Part shown: piece by piece, positions 28,848-42,252 of the stretch
Layout of the letters: each line of letters opens with the position of its first letter
Numbering within the stretch: position 1 is the first letter of the stretch
Source: Thecamonas trahens ATCC 50062
Lineage: Eukaryota > Protista > Apusomonadida
Direction of reading: 5' to 3'
NCBI RefSeq assembly: GCF_000142905.1
Contig: NW_013657633.1
Location: 257,803 to 307,816, forward strand
Length of the DNA stretch: 50,014 bases
Notes under the pieces: generated by a model
Seen by the model: the letters and a program-made list of their open reading frames with translations, nothing else
Databases searched by the model: none
Told to the model about the DNA's origin: nothing
Made by a program: the position numbers and the translations under genes

Positions 28848-31800
28848 ATGTCGGGTACCAACGAAGAAGTGCTTGTCAAGGTACGCCCTTTACACACCAC
28901 ATACCCTCCACCTTTTACTTGCCCCTCACCGACTTTTCCCATGTCTTTATCCTCCATATCCCCCTTGCTAGCACCCGGACTGCCGCCCATGTCGCCAGTC
29001 ATATTGGTCCCTCTCGCCTCTCCCCCCTGCTCTCCCCTGCTCCCCCCTGCTCCCCCCTGCCTCCCCCCTGCCTCCCCCCNNNNNNNNNNNNNNNNNNNNN
29101 NNNNNNNNNNNNNNNNNNNNNNNNNNNNNNNNNNNNNNNNNNNNNNNNNNNNNNNNNNNNNNNNNNNNNNNNNNNNNNNCCCCCCCCCCCCCCCCCCCCC
29201 CCCCACACACACACAGCCATCTCTCACCCAGCAATGATGACGAAATCAACGACGACGACAACAACAATGGTGATGACAATGATGATGCCAACGACAACAA
29301 TGACAACAACACGACAATGGCGACGATGATGATGGCGGTCGTGATGCTGCTGCTGGCCGCTAACACTCTCCATGTCGACTCGTCGCCGCTGCTGGCGTTG
29401 TTGTCAATCGGAAATCGGAATTAATCGATGATGATGGGGGGGGGGTTGCGGTCGTTGTTGGACACGATGGACGATGGCTGATGCCGCGGTTGCTCCGCGT
29501 CATGAACCGACTGCGACGGCTGTACTGCAGCAACTCCGCCGAGTCGTCCGCAAACTCCTCACTGTCAAGCTCTTTCAAAAGGGCACACACTTTCTACAGC
29601 TTGGCGTCCATGTTGACATCAACGAGCGGCCCGAGGGTGGGGATGGGCAAGAGTCGAGCGCGCTCGACCTCGCCTGGGCCGCCTTTGCTGGCAATCTTGA
29701 CGACATCACCGAGCTGGTGACCGAGGCGAGCGTCGACATTAACGGCCGCGACGCCCGTGGCCGCACTCCGCTCCACTGGGCCTGCGTCCAGTCCAAGCCC
29801 GAGGTCCTACAATGGATGCTCGAGGCTGGCGCTGAGTTTGAGGTCGCCGACACAGTCGATTTCACGCCGCTCATGCTGGCGTCCATGCACGGCAACGTCG
29901 ACGCAGTCAAGCTCCTGCTAGCTGCCGGCACAGACCCGACGCGGACCGACCAGGAGGGCTTCTCCGCCCTCCACTGGGCCACTTCCCAGGCGCACTCGGA
30001 CATCATCCCGCTGCTCATTGCTGCCGGCGCAGACGTCAACGAGCGTGACTCCAAGAACCGGACCTCGCTCATGATTGCTGCAGGCAGCGGCAAAGTCCGT
30101 ACCATGATGCGGCTCCTCGAGGCTGACGCCGACCCCGCCATGGTCGACGCCGAGGGCCACACTGCGCTTCACTGGGCCGTGGGCAACAACCACTCGGCAC
30201 TTGTTGAGAAGCTCGCCCGCAAGTTCCCCGACATTGTCAATGTGGCCAACGACCAAGGCAACACTCCGCTGCACTTTGCCGCCTATGAGGGTTACCTCGC
30301 CTGCGTCTCGGTCCTCGTCAAGGCCGGCGCCAACCCGGCGAAGGCAAACGTCGAGCAGTGCACTCCGCTTCACTGGGCCGCCGCCACAGGCCGTACCCGG
30401 ATCTGCGAGATCCTCTGCTCCGCCAACGCATCCATCAACGCTGTCGACGTCGACGGGCGCACCGCTCTCCAAGAGGCTGCCCTCAATGAGCACTACCCGA
30501 CCTGTAAGATCCTGCTTGACGGTGGCGCCGATCCCAACGTTGCCGACCCCCAGGGGCGTACAGTCCTCCACTTTATGGGCGCGTCCGGCGACGTCCGCAC
30601 CATCAAGCTCTTTGTCGCCTCGGGCGCAGACGTCGACGCTCGCGACGCCGGCGGCGGCACCGCACTCCACTGCGCCGCCTTTGCCGGACAGCTCGATGCC
30701 ATGAAGCGCCTCGTCGCGGCAAAGGCCGAGACCAACGTGGCCGACGCCGGCAAGCGCACCCCACTGCACTGGGCGGCGTATCGCGGCTCCGAGAAGGCCG
30801 TTGCGCTGCTTCTTCTCCGCGGCTCGGCAAAGGTCAACCCGCTTGACGACCAGTTCAAAACCCCGCTCGACTACTGCCTCTCCGAGGATTCTGAGGGCAC
30901 GGCAGAGCTCGCCACCAAGATGCGCAACCAGGGCGCGCGGACAGGGTCCGAGATTGCCACTCTGGCTGCGGTCACCATTCAGGCGGCCTGGCGCGGCCAC
31001 GCAACACGCACCCACCTTGCCGCCACCGCCGCCACCGCCGACTCGGCTTCGGTCTCAGCCTCGGCGTCGGCTGATCTTGACGCTTCTGACGCATCCATGG
31101 AGCTGCGCTCGTCGGCTGCCGCCGCCTTCCAGTCGGCTGCTGCGCTATCCATCTGCGACGCGTCCGGCCCGCTCTCCGACGTTGGCTCGGCTAGCCAAGC
31201 CACTTCCCAAGCCGCCTCGAGCGACGACGTCCTACCTGAGCCCGCCAGCGAGGGGGCTCCCACCGCAGAGCACTCCTTGAGTGACACCGACAGCGATGCT
31301 GCCGACGGCGATGCTGCCGACAGCGACACCGGCACCGAGTCGCTGCGTGAGCCCCAGACCGAGCCGGCGACTGACGACGAGCTCGTCGCCGCCTATGATG
31401 ACTTTCTTGCCGCTGTTGTCAGCACCGATCCCAAGCAAAGCGTCGAAGAGCTTCTCGAGTTTGACGGCGTGGCTACGGTGGTCGAAGCGCTTCGGGCCCG
31501 TGGCAAATCTGCTGCAGCTGATGCGCTGCTGTCGACTTCCTCGATCTCCGAGCTTGAAGCCGCCATGCTCGCGGCTGTCGAACCGCTTGTTCAGCCTCAG
31601 CTCACCCCTGATGCCTTTGCTTCTGCTCCTTCCGCCCGTCGCCGCGAGCTTGCCCGCGTGCTTGCCAGCAAGCTGGCGAGCGCAGGCTATGCCGACGCGG
31701 CAGGAGCTCTCGCCGAGCAGATCGGAGAAGACGATACCGATGGCGAGTCACCCGAGCTCGAGGTTGCGTTTGAGGCCGGCCTCCTCGCACTTGACGGCGC

Positions 31801-34800
31801 TGTGCCCGCAGCGCAGGAGCTCGACGTCAGATTCTTTCGCGCTGCCGGGCGGCTCCGCAAGCCGACAGCCGAGGCTGCAGCCAGTGACGCAGCTGCCCTC
31901 GCGGAGAGTGGGCGCGGCATTGTGGCGCGACTCGCACTCGCAGGCGAGTGCGAGGGCGCGGCAGACCTACGCGCTACCCTCGACGTCATTGAGACGACGA
32001 AAGACGCGCTTACTGAGCTCGATGACTCCGCTTCTTCCGATGGCCTAGCCGCGCTCCTCGCTACCCTCCGTGGGCAAGTCAACGAGGCGGTGGACATTGT
32101 CGACGCCTTTGGAGGCGTCTACTACCGCAACAACCTGAGTGCCCCGGACGCCGCTGGACGAGTCTTCCCGCGCGTTGCGGCACGACTTGCGCTCGCCACA
32201 CCGGACGAGCTGCATGATGCACCGCTCGATGCCCGACTCCGACGGGCTGTCCGGGTTGCTCAGGACGAGCTCGCTGGCGAGGCGGACGACCTGGTGGAGC
32301 AGCTCGACGACGCTCTTGCTGACGTGGACATGGCCTACGCTCACATCCTGAGCGGGGAGAGCCCGAGCGAGAGCGAGGGCGACCTCCACGACGCGCTGGG
32401 CCGCCTGGTAGCAGCAATGGAGGATGCCGAGGCGTGCATCGGCAAGCCGAGCGACACCGAGGCCGCACCCGAATCCACCAGCGAGCTCCTCTGCGCCCTG
32501 CTGGCAGACAGGACGACGTCACCCGAGGCCGTCCTCACACTGCGCGACGCGGTGCTTGGGCTGGCAAGCTCGCTTTCCCCACAATCTGACGCTGCGAGCG
32601 CACTGCGCGCTACTATGACCCGCCTGTTGGCGGCGGCCGATGCGGCGGCCGAGTCCGGCGTGCCGTTTGTCGAGAACGCAGCAGCACAACTTGTTGAACT
32701 TCATCGGCTGAGCCATGTGGCGGCCGCCGAGCGGGAGATGACGCTTGGTCTACCACCGCAAGAGGTGCGAGCCCGGTACTTTGGGCTATCGCCGAGCAAC
32801 GGCGCAAGCACCGACGCGCTTGTAGGTGCGCTCATCGGCCAGCTGGACAACCTTGCCCGTGTCTCGGGCAACGACGCAGCGCGGGAGGTTGGAAGCGTGC
32901 TTGAAGGAGCAGTGCGAGAGCTTGCCCAAGCGGAGAAGAGTGGAAACGTCGAGGCGCGAGCTAAGGCCAAGACTCGACTCGACGCCAAGATGATGCAGGC
33001 GGCCATGGTGTGCGCCGACGACGTGCCGAGGGTGGAAGCCATGTCGACCGAGAAGCTACTGAGCTCGCTCACCAATGCCCGCGCGCTGATGGCCGGCCAG
33101 TGGAGCATCGACCAAGTCACTGAGGCCTCCGCGCAGGTCCGCAACACCGTTGCGATTGTCTCTGCGCTTGTTGAGTCACAAGCTCAGGGTCGTACCGAGT
33201 TTGAGCGGCTGGCGGAGCTAGAGTCCTCTACGTCACGGCTCGACGCGGCGGTGGACGCGCTGAGTCACTCGGCGCCTGAAGACGTGCCACATGCAGTCAA
33301 CATGACTGCGCTCGCGCTCGATGCTGTCCAGGACCAAGTCCAGGCCGCGTTTATGGCACTCTCGGGAGGTCCGCTGCCACCGGATCGGGCTCTCTCGGTC
33401 TTTCTCCGTGGGTCCGGCGACGGCGGCGCCCCAGCTGACGCACTGCATGCTGCGCTCTCGCTCGCCGATGCTATGTCGTCATCACGGGCCGACGCACGGA
33501 CAGGGAGCCAGCGGATCCGACGTGCGCTGGCCATGGTTGCTGCCGGACACCACGAGGGCCACAGCGAGCTGGCGGTTGCGGTTCGCGAGGGCGCACTCAC
33601 CATGCGCGCTGGCGCGATGGACGCGCCAGTGGTCTCGGGCGTGGCGTCGCGGCTGACGGCGACGCTGACCAGCTCGAGCAGCTCGATCCAGGACCGGGCA
33701 CGTGCGTCGAGCACGCTTGTGGCTGCGCTTGCCTCGCTGGAGCACCACCTGGAGGCGTCTGCAACGAGCGGATTCTCGACGGGAGATGCGAGCGCGGCAC
33801 ACTGCGCTGTCCGCGAGGCCGGCGTTCTTCTGGCGTCGACCGCTGTCCGCAACCCGGTCTCGGACTCGGTAGTTGCGCAGGTCGACGCGGCGGTGGCAAG
33901 CGCACTGACAGCGCTCGGTGACCTCCCACACGGCATGCCGCTCGGCGAGGCGTACGCCACCATAGAGTACGGGACCGGACGGCTGTTTGTGGCGGGTGGG
34001 CAGATGTCGCATGTGCCAGCGTCAGGCGAGGTTGTGGGCAGCATCGAGTCGGCGGTGCGGTCAGTGATGCAGGCACTGTCGACGTCGGACGCTGGCGCTG
34101 CGAGCGCCGTCCGGCGTGAGCTAGCGGTTGCGCTGCGCATGTTTTCGGCAGCGGCCAGCCCAGGCAGCGGCAAGTCTGAGGCCGAAATGGTGTTGGAGAC
34201 ACTGGAGCAGCTGGAGCACTCTGTGGTCAAGGCCGTGACCGGTCTGCACATGCAGCGGTGGCCTGGTGACACCAGCATGAGTGCGGAGGAGCTGATGGCG
34301 CTCCTCTCACGAGCGCTGTGTGTCATGCACGCACAGAGCCAGCTCGGGCCCAAGGGTTCAGGCAAGCACGCCTGGACGGATCCGGATGTTGTGGTTGGGA
34401 TGCGACTGGGAGTGCGGCTGCTGGCGCGATCGATGGAGGAGTCAGGCCTCCGGCCAGACAGCGTTCTCAAGGCGATGCGAAAGATCAACGCTGCGCTTGG
34501 AGCGCTGGTCGCCGGTGGCGGCTCGCTCTCGGGTCGCGAGTCGCGAGTGTGGCGCGAGTTCCGCCACTTGCGTGCGGCGCTGTTGCGGGCGCTGTTTGAG
34601 GCACGCCCAGGGCGGCGAGTCGGTGAGCCCGAAGGCTCGTCGGCCGAGCTCTCGGCCCTGCCTGCGATGTGGGAGCAGGTGCGTGCGGGCGCGGCGACGG
34701 TGCCGTCGCTGGTGAGCGTGTCGTTGGATGGGCTGGCGACCAAAGTGGTGCTCCTGCTGGAGGGCTTTCTCTCTGCACGCGATGCGGACTCGCTCCTTGT

Positions 34801-37800
34801 ATCACCGCTCGACGACGCGCTGGCGCAGTTCCAAACCGAGTACGGCATGGTGGTGCTGCGGGCGGTGCCGGACGTGCAGCCGCGGCCGCGGGTGGATGCT
34901 GCGCTTGGCCATCTTTCGCAGCTGGTGCACATGGCGCTGGACAAGCTGGTGGCTGCACCGCTTCCGCTCCACGCTGTGGAGGAGGTGTGGCACACGGGGT
35001 CCGGCAACCGCGGGAGCGCGGCGTCACTACAGGAGGCCGAGGCTATCATGGAGACGCTGGGACCGTTCTCGGCCGGGTCGTCGGCTGCGGAGCTGAACGA
35101 GGCATACGCTGCACTGCGCGAGGCGCCGAGCTCAGAGGACGCCATTAACGTGTTTGACGCCGCGGTGGCCGACCGAATGGCGGCAGTGCGGCTGCTCTCA
35201 GTCTCGCAGCTCGAGGCCGGGTACGCAGCCGGGCGCGAGGCGCTCGAGGCAGCTGATGGGCCGCTGGAGTATGTGATGGGCGAGAAGCTGAAGCGCGCGG
35301 TGCAGGGCATGGCCATGCGGCTGGCCGACGCCGCACCGCGGCAAGGCGATGACTTTGCCGACGCGCTATGCGGGCTGGAGGCTGCCGAAGCTGCACTGGA
35401 GGGCTCGCTGCAGACCGGTGGAGCACGAACCGAGGTAGACGCGGCACTGCGGGCACTGGATGGCGCGTTTGTACAGGCTGTGGCGGTTTTCTCGCCGTTT
35501 GGCCACGTTTCGTCGTCGTCGTCGTCGCTCTGGCACATGCAAGACCGGATGGAGGCGATGAGTGCGCTGGCTGTGTCCGGCGAGCTGGGAGCGAACCCGA
35601 AGCACGCGGGCGTGGCGGCCGACGAGGCCGAGGAGCTCTCAGTTCAGCTTGGCAAGCTCCTGCCCGAGACCGATGTCGGACGAGCACTGGCGGCCGAGCT
35701 GCAGGCGCAGTCGGAGCTTGTGGCGTCTGCGCTCCGGTTGGGCTCACTGGCGCCGTCGGAAATGCGGAGCGCGGTGGGCGGGCTTGACGCTTCGGTCCAC
35801 CGCGCGGTGAGCTTGCTGCGGTCAGACGGTGCGTCTGCGACGTCAGCAGAAGCACTGGCCTTTGAGGTCTCTGCAGCGTGCTCGCAAGTCCAGGGCGCCC
35901 TTGCTGCGGCAGGCGATGCAGAGACGACGTCGAGCGATACAGCGGGCTTGCTCGAGGCGGTTGAGAGCGGGCTGGAGGAGGTGGCTCGGGTGGTGGATGC
36001 GCTCGAGTCTGAAGGCGCAGGTGGGAGCGGGGAGCTCTCTGCGCAAGTTGTGCGAGTCCGCGCTGCTGCGCGCGATGCCGACGGCGGCGAGCTGGTGGCG
36101 CGTGTCGAGGCGGCCGGGTGGCGCGAGGTTCGCGGTGCGGTGGAGGCCGCGGTCGGCGAGATCGGGCGGCGGCTAGACGCGGCGCGCGTGGAGGAGATCG
36201 GAAGTCAGCTGGAGAGCATTGTTGCCGAGGCTGTGTCGCGGACCGAGCGCGTGGTCGAGGCCGAGTGGCGCGGGATGGATGTGGTGGAGGCGCAGGTGCG
36301 CAGCTTGAGCGAGTCGTGCCAGGCGCTGACAGCGTTTGCCGAGACGCACGCGCCGCGTGAGGCCGCCGAGGACACGGCGGCGGCGGTGGCGGCACTCCGT
36401 CAGGCTGTGAGCGAGGTGAGCGCGAGCGTGGCGGCGGGCGCGGCGCAACCTGGACAGCCATCGCGACCTGGAGTCAAGGGCATGCAGCGGCCGGAGCAAG
36501 CCAAGGTCTTTCTCGCGCTGTCCGAGGTCCGCGAAGCGACGCGCAGCGTGCGGAATGAGATGGTGGCTTCCGACAGAAGCGAGTCGACGCTTCTGGATGC
36601 GCTGCTCCGCTGCACGCGGCTGGAGCAGGATGCGCTCGACGCGGTGGCTTGCGAGAGTGAGGAGGCCGGTGTGGCTGTGGGCGCCTACGCTACGGCGCTC
36701 GAGTGCGTGGCCAACTCGGGCGCGGTGTCGTCTGCGGCGAGCGCGGCGCTCCTGGAGACTGCATCGACGCTGCGGAGCGGGGTTGCGGGCGATGGCGATG
36801 CAGCCGAGGCGCAGTCACGGGTAGCTGCGGCACTGGAGCATGCTGGCGCGGTGGTTGCGCGGACCGTGGGCGCTGCGGTTGTGGCGCGGCAAATGGCCGG
36901 CGCTGTAGCGCGGGTCAAGGCGGCCAAGCACCAGGTGGCAGCCGAGATGAACGCCGGCGGGCAGCGGCGGCCGCTGAGCCTGGAGCGACTTCTCCGGGCT
37001 GCGGATCGGACTAACGAGGCGCTGACTGCGGTGAGCGTGGCGGCAGCGACCGAAGTGGCCGCAAGCAGTGCCGCGCTGGACGCCAGCGAGCGAGTGAGCA
37101 TGATCGATGACGGGGCGTTGCGCAAGGCGCGGACGCGACTGGCGGCGGCGACTGCGGCTGCGCAGTTAGCGGCCGGCTCGCACGCGCTGCCAAGCTCGAA
37201 GAAGGTCCAGGCTGTGGCGTCGCAGCTCGGACAGGCACAACGCGCAGTGCTCGCGCTGTTGGATAGTCAGCTCAAGTCTGCAAGCGAGGACGTGGCGCTT
37301 TCGTCAATCGAGGCACAGGCGGAGATGTGCGAGCAGGGCGCGTTGTCTGGACTCTCTGCCAGCAACCTGCATCAAGCGACGGCATGTGCGAGCGGGCTCT
37401 CCGGATGCGTGGCGGAGCTTGTGGCGCGGCTGCAGGCGCTCGAGGTGCCGATGGCTCCCGCGACGGCGGACAAGATTGCTGGAAAAAAGGTGGAGCTGGT
37501 GCAGTCTGCCCACGAGCTTGCGGACGCGACGCGGTCGCTGGAAAGCATTGCCCGCGAGACACCGAGTGAGAGCTCTGGACAGGAGCACAAGCACAAGGTG
37601 GTGGTGGCGAGCAAGCGGCTGTCGAACGCAGTGACGCACGCGATGACACTTTCCCACGAGGCGCTTGTGGGGCTGCGTGCGCGCGAGTCTGCGCGTGCGC
37701 AGGCGCGGGCAGCGGCGCGCAAGCGGGCGCGTGCGGCGCGTCAGGCGTTCTTTGCGGCACGGCTGGCGCACTACGCAGCGCTCTCGCCATCACCGGTGGC

Positions 37801-38422
37801 AAGCCGCGACGGCGAAAGCGGCAAGACGAAGCGGCAGAGCCGGGTTGGGGCATCGCCGCGGACGCGGCGGCTTCGCTACGTGCGGGCCAAGGCGTCGCCT
37901 GGTGCGGAAAGGCTTTCGCCGCGTGCGCCTGCGCTGTCGCGGGCGCGGATGGTGGCCAAGGCGCGTGCGCTGCGTGCGCGCGAGAAGCGATGGGTCGGCG
38001 TGGGCAGCTCGAGCTCGCCGCGTGCCGGTGCGCGCGTTTACGAGGAGGTGCGGTCTGAGCGGCTGCCTCGTACGGTGTATCGCGACGGCATGGGCGTGAC
38101 AGGTTACGGGCTGACCGAGGAGGAGCGGTTGGAGACTGTGGACGACGCAGAGATGCGGGCGCGTGTGCGGGCTGGGCGCGAGGCCGAGCGGGCTGCGCGG
38201 CGCGAGCTGACGCGGAGCATGCGGAGCAAGCTGAGCGACGGGCGGCGGCGGGCGCGGGAGGCGCACGAGTCCGAGGCGCGGGCCAATCGCGAGGCGATCA
38301 AGCGCGAGGAGGAGCGGCTGCGGGCAAAGGCCAAGGCGGCGCGGGAGGAGGAGCTTGAGCGGAAGCGCAAGAAGATCTGGCAGCGGCGAATGGCTGCGCG
38401 GAAGAAGGAGCTCGGGTCGTAG
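28848..38422 (+). CDS. Giant ankyrin-repeat + IQ motif + Ala-rich helical rod protein (inversin-like head); proposed exons 28848-28880 and 29600-38422
   Basis: About 12-13 ankyrin repeats (GRTPLHWA, GFSALHWA, GNTPLHFA...), IQ motif AAVTIQAAWRGHATR, more than 2000 aa of amphipathic helices and a charged coiled-coil tail. Exon 1 MSGTNEEVLVK ends at GTACGC; the ATG at 29474 is an alternative start. Confidence 0.85.
28881..29599 (+). other. Probable first intron (GTACGC...TTTCTACAG) spanning a gap
   Basis: Donor and pyrimidine-rich acceptor join in phase 0; contains C-rich and (GAT/CAA)n repeats. The CTGCAG at 29530 is also in frame. Confidence 0.55.
29080..29179. other. Assembly gap (100 N)
   Basis: Run of n flanked by poly-C. 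Confidence 1.
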
Positions 38423-38514
38423 AGCAAGGGGACGATTAACACGTGTGTTTAGATGCTCTGATTGTGACGTTGACGAGGACGACTCGTACGTGATGCTGCG
38501 GATGGCTGCGCGGG

Positions 38515-41500
38515 TCATTGGTTCCAGATAGACGAAGGCGCGGCGGTCGAGTGAGAGTGAGAGGCGTGGCGTGGCGGGCCTGCTGCGCGGAGGGTGTCGA
38601 TGAACGAGGTGTTCATCGAGGAAGAGAGCTTGTCGAGCTCTGGGGCGGGCGGGCGGCGGTGGCGGTGGACGGGTCGCTGCTGAGGCGCGGCGGGGCCAGC
38701 CGGCGGGGTGGGATCTGGGATGGAGGGGACGCGGGAGGCTGAAGAGACACAGCGCGGCAGGGTGACGACGGGCGGGTTGTCCTGGGCGGGCTCGTTCTCG
38801 GCCTCCAGGATTGCGGCAAAGACCACTCGGAGAGCAGGGAGGACGCCAACGTTGAGGTTTGAGGGCGGCGAGTACTCCGTGATGAGGCGGATGCATGACG
38901 CGCGGCGGGCCTTGTCGCCGGTGACCTGGAGGATGAAGGCGGCGGCGGAGAGCGGGAAGAGGAAGGCGTAGGGCGCCATCTGGAAGGCCGACGGGTCTGT
39001 GAGGAGGAGGAGCTCGAGGGCGGCCGAGGCGACCGTGTGCGAGAGCTTGAGCTCGCCCGAGATGTAGGTGCACATGATGACGCACACGGCTGCGACGGCG
39101 ACCTTGAGGGCCGTAAAGGCACCATAGGCGGTCTGCTCGGGTGGGAGGGTACGTGCGTCTTCGACAGCAAGGCGCTGGATGCGGACCATGCGGAGGGCTG
39201 CGGCAGTGAGACGCGAGCGGGTGGCTTCATCGCGGGCAGTCTGCTCGGGCGAGGGGTCGGACGGCCGAGCGACGGCGGAGCGGGAGCATGTTGCGAGCAT
39301 GGTCATGAGGCAGCGCTGCAGCGAGTCGATGCCCTGGTCGCGGGTCCACGAGTCGAGGACGGTGATGGACGGGTCGACGAGGTACTGGCAGATGAGCATG
39401 AGGATGGCGTCGAGACGCGGGAGCTGTGGCGGGCGGGCGATGCTTGCTTCTGCGGCGGCGAGGACGGCGTTGCGGACGGGGGCGACGAGTTTTGAGACGA
39501 CGGCGGCATTGAGCGGAATGTAGGACGGTAGCGGGCCTGTGTGGTTGTGCGGTAGGCATGCGGTGCGGATGTCGTCGTCGGTAAAGTCGTCGGCCGGATC
39601 GAGCGGGAGCGGAAAGTCGCGTGTTGCGGCGATGAGCGGGAGCTCGTAGTGGGCGTAGACGCGGTAGAAGATGGAGCGAGTCGATGGCGTCCACACTTCC
39701 TCTCCTGAGGGCGGCGGCTGGGAGAAGGCCTGCGGGGCGACCTGGTCCGGGGCGGCCAGGAGGAGACACGAGGCACGAGCGCGGTTGCGGAGCTTGGTGA
39801 GGAGGGTGTCTGCGGCGCGGAGGTGGTATGAAGCGCGGACGTTGGTCCGGCCAACAAAGAAGATGTAGAGGAGCATGTGGAAGCCGGCGACTTCCTGGGT
39901 CTCGACGTCGTAGAGCTGGCCAATGAGAGGGCGGGTCTGCTCGATGAGGCGGTCTGCGAGGTTGGGTGCGAGCGAGGAGACGCCGATGGCAACGATGCCA
40001 AGTAGCTGACCGCGGAGAACGGGCGAGAGCGAGTGGAAGTCTATGGTGCCAGAGAGGAGGCCGTTGATGGCGGCGTCGAACGGGTCACGCGACGGGATGT
40101 GGGAGATGAACATGTTGATAAAGTTGAAGAAAATGTCAATTCCGGTGCGCATCAGCGACGCGTCGAGCTGCGAAAAGTCGAGGATTGGGTTGGTGTGGAG
40201 GCCGTAGCGAGGGGGCGAGCGCGCGGATCGAGGCCGCGAGCGCGCTTGACGGGCGGGCCATAGGTAGCGAGCGTTGTCGCGCCGGCCCTCTCGGGCACAC
40301 CGGTACTGTTGGGGTTGGCGGTTGCGGCAGGGCCACAAGTGCTGCCGCTGTTGCCGTCATCGTCGCTGCGGGCGCGCTTGGCGCCCGGAACGATGGGCGA
40401 CATGGGCGAAGTCGGGTCGTCGGGAGTGGAGGAGGCCGAGGTCGAAGTATGCGGCGAGAGCGAGAGGACAGGGCCTGGCTGAGGTGAGGGACCGGGGCAG
40501 ACCGGAAGCGTGGAGGGGAGGAGGATGTCGGGCAGGGCATCGTGCTGTGCCGAGCCTGCCGAGGAGGGCGGCGAGTTGAGGGCATCACCGAAGTTCATGT
40601 TGAGGAGTGACTTGATGGTTGAATCGGGCGAGGGCGGGACGTAGTCGAGCATGGCCGACGGGGTAACGTCGAGGGGGCACAGCGTCGACGGCAAGGCGCG
40701 TGAGGCGAGGAGCGAGTTCGAGGAGGCCGATGCCGGCGTCGACGAGGGCATGGCGTCGGCAGATGTCGCCGACGACAACAGGTGCGGCTGCGAGCGAGAG
40801 GACATGAGCGTGGACGATGCCGGGAAGATTAAGGCATTCATGGTGAGGTCGTCGAGCGAGTTTTGGGCATTGAGCAAGGCAGCAGGTGCCGAGTGCGGGA
40901 CGGCAGCAAAGTTGGTGGGCGCCGAGGACGGCGGGTAGAAGTACTGCATGGAGACGCCGAGGTCGGGAATGGACGGCATGGGCACGTCGCGGTAGGAGAC
41001 GCTCGCGCGGTGGCCGCTAGAGGTGGCGGGATGGTAGGCGGAGCGGGCAGCCGAGGAAGCCGATGGCGTTGGGCCCGAGGTGGAGGACTCCGAGGTAGCC
41101 GAGGAAACCGAAGGCGCCGACGTTGGGTGGGCATGGTGGTGATGGCGGGCGATGTATGGCGGAGAGGGGTCTGTGGGTGATGTCGTCGCCGACGACGACG
41201 AGTAGGCGACGGCCGAGTAGGGTACGGCCGAGTAAGCGGCGGCCGAGGGCGAGGACAAGTTGTGGGGGTGATGATGGACACGATGATGACCACGAGTGGC
41301 GATGGAAGAGGAGAGCATCTCTGTTGCAGCCAAGGAGGAGGAGGAGTGATGATTGAGGTGGTTGATGCTGGGCGAGTTTCTGATGCTTGGCACCGAGTTG
41401 ATGGTGTTGTTCATGTTCCTGTTCTTGTTCTTGTTGGAGCTGGTTTTGCCAGTGGTGGTGGAGCTGGAGTGACGCTGCTTCTTGGCAGCTTGATTAGCCT

Positions 41501-41651
41501 TGCGACCAAAGGGCAAGTTATACGTGCAAGTCCGCTTGGTGCGAAGACAGCGCGAGCACGGGAGGGTAAAGTCGCACTTGCGCTTGTTCGACTTGCAAAC
41601 ATCACAAGCACGCCGCGGTCCTGGCGGGTACTCGAGCTTCTTGTTCTCCAT
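38515..41651 (-). CDS. Zn(II)2Cys6 binuclear-cluster transcription factor; apparent 1-nt frameshift at 40211-40215
   Basis: RRACDVCKSNKRKCDFTLPCSRCLRTKRTCTY = CX2CX6CX5CX2CX6C. A Ser/His-rich linker leads to a helical C-terminal region in a second frame; one extra C in a C5 run joins RARP to PRYGLH. Confidence 0.85.
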
Positions 41652-42252
41652 CTTACCAAGCTATAAGCTGTAGCCTTCGGTAAGCCAACGAGCTATCCCC
41701 TTTGTACGCCTGTCCAACGTGCGCAAGGAGAAGGATGGATGGGATGGCGGCGAAATAGCTTTTTTTTCTTCTCACTCGATGCCCCCGCGCGTTTTTCGCT
41801 AGTAACAGGACCTGGATGACAGCAAGGCAATGAACGTAGTTGTTGCTCAGACCGGAGAGGGTGGCGTGTGTGGAGGAGGAGGAGGAGGAGGGGGGGGGAA
41901 GTATGTGGGGTTGAGAGGGGAGAGTGATTGAGTGATGAGGGTATGGGTGTGGAGAGGAGGTGTAGGGTTGGTGGGGTGGAAGGTGGGTGAGGAGGGTGGA
42001 CGGTGGTGGGGGAGAGTGGGGTGGCTATGCTGCGTGTGTCCGGTGCTCGACTTGTGCGCTGCGTGGGGTTGGCTGCTTTGGGTGCGCGTGAATCGGTGCT
42101 ATAGAACAAAAAATATGGCAAAGGCGCAAAAAGTATGCCGTTGAAAATCAGGTGATGAGATGGGTATTGATGGTGGCGGAGCGGAGGAGTGAAGTGATCT
42201 GCACGTGAGGTGCGGGGGTTGGGGGGGTGGGGGGTGGTAATATTTTTTTTGT

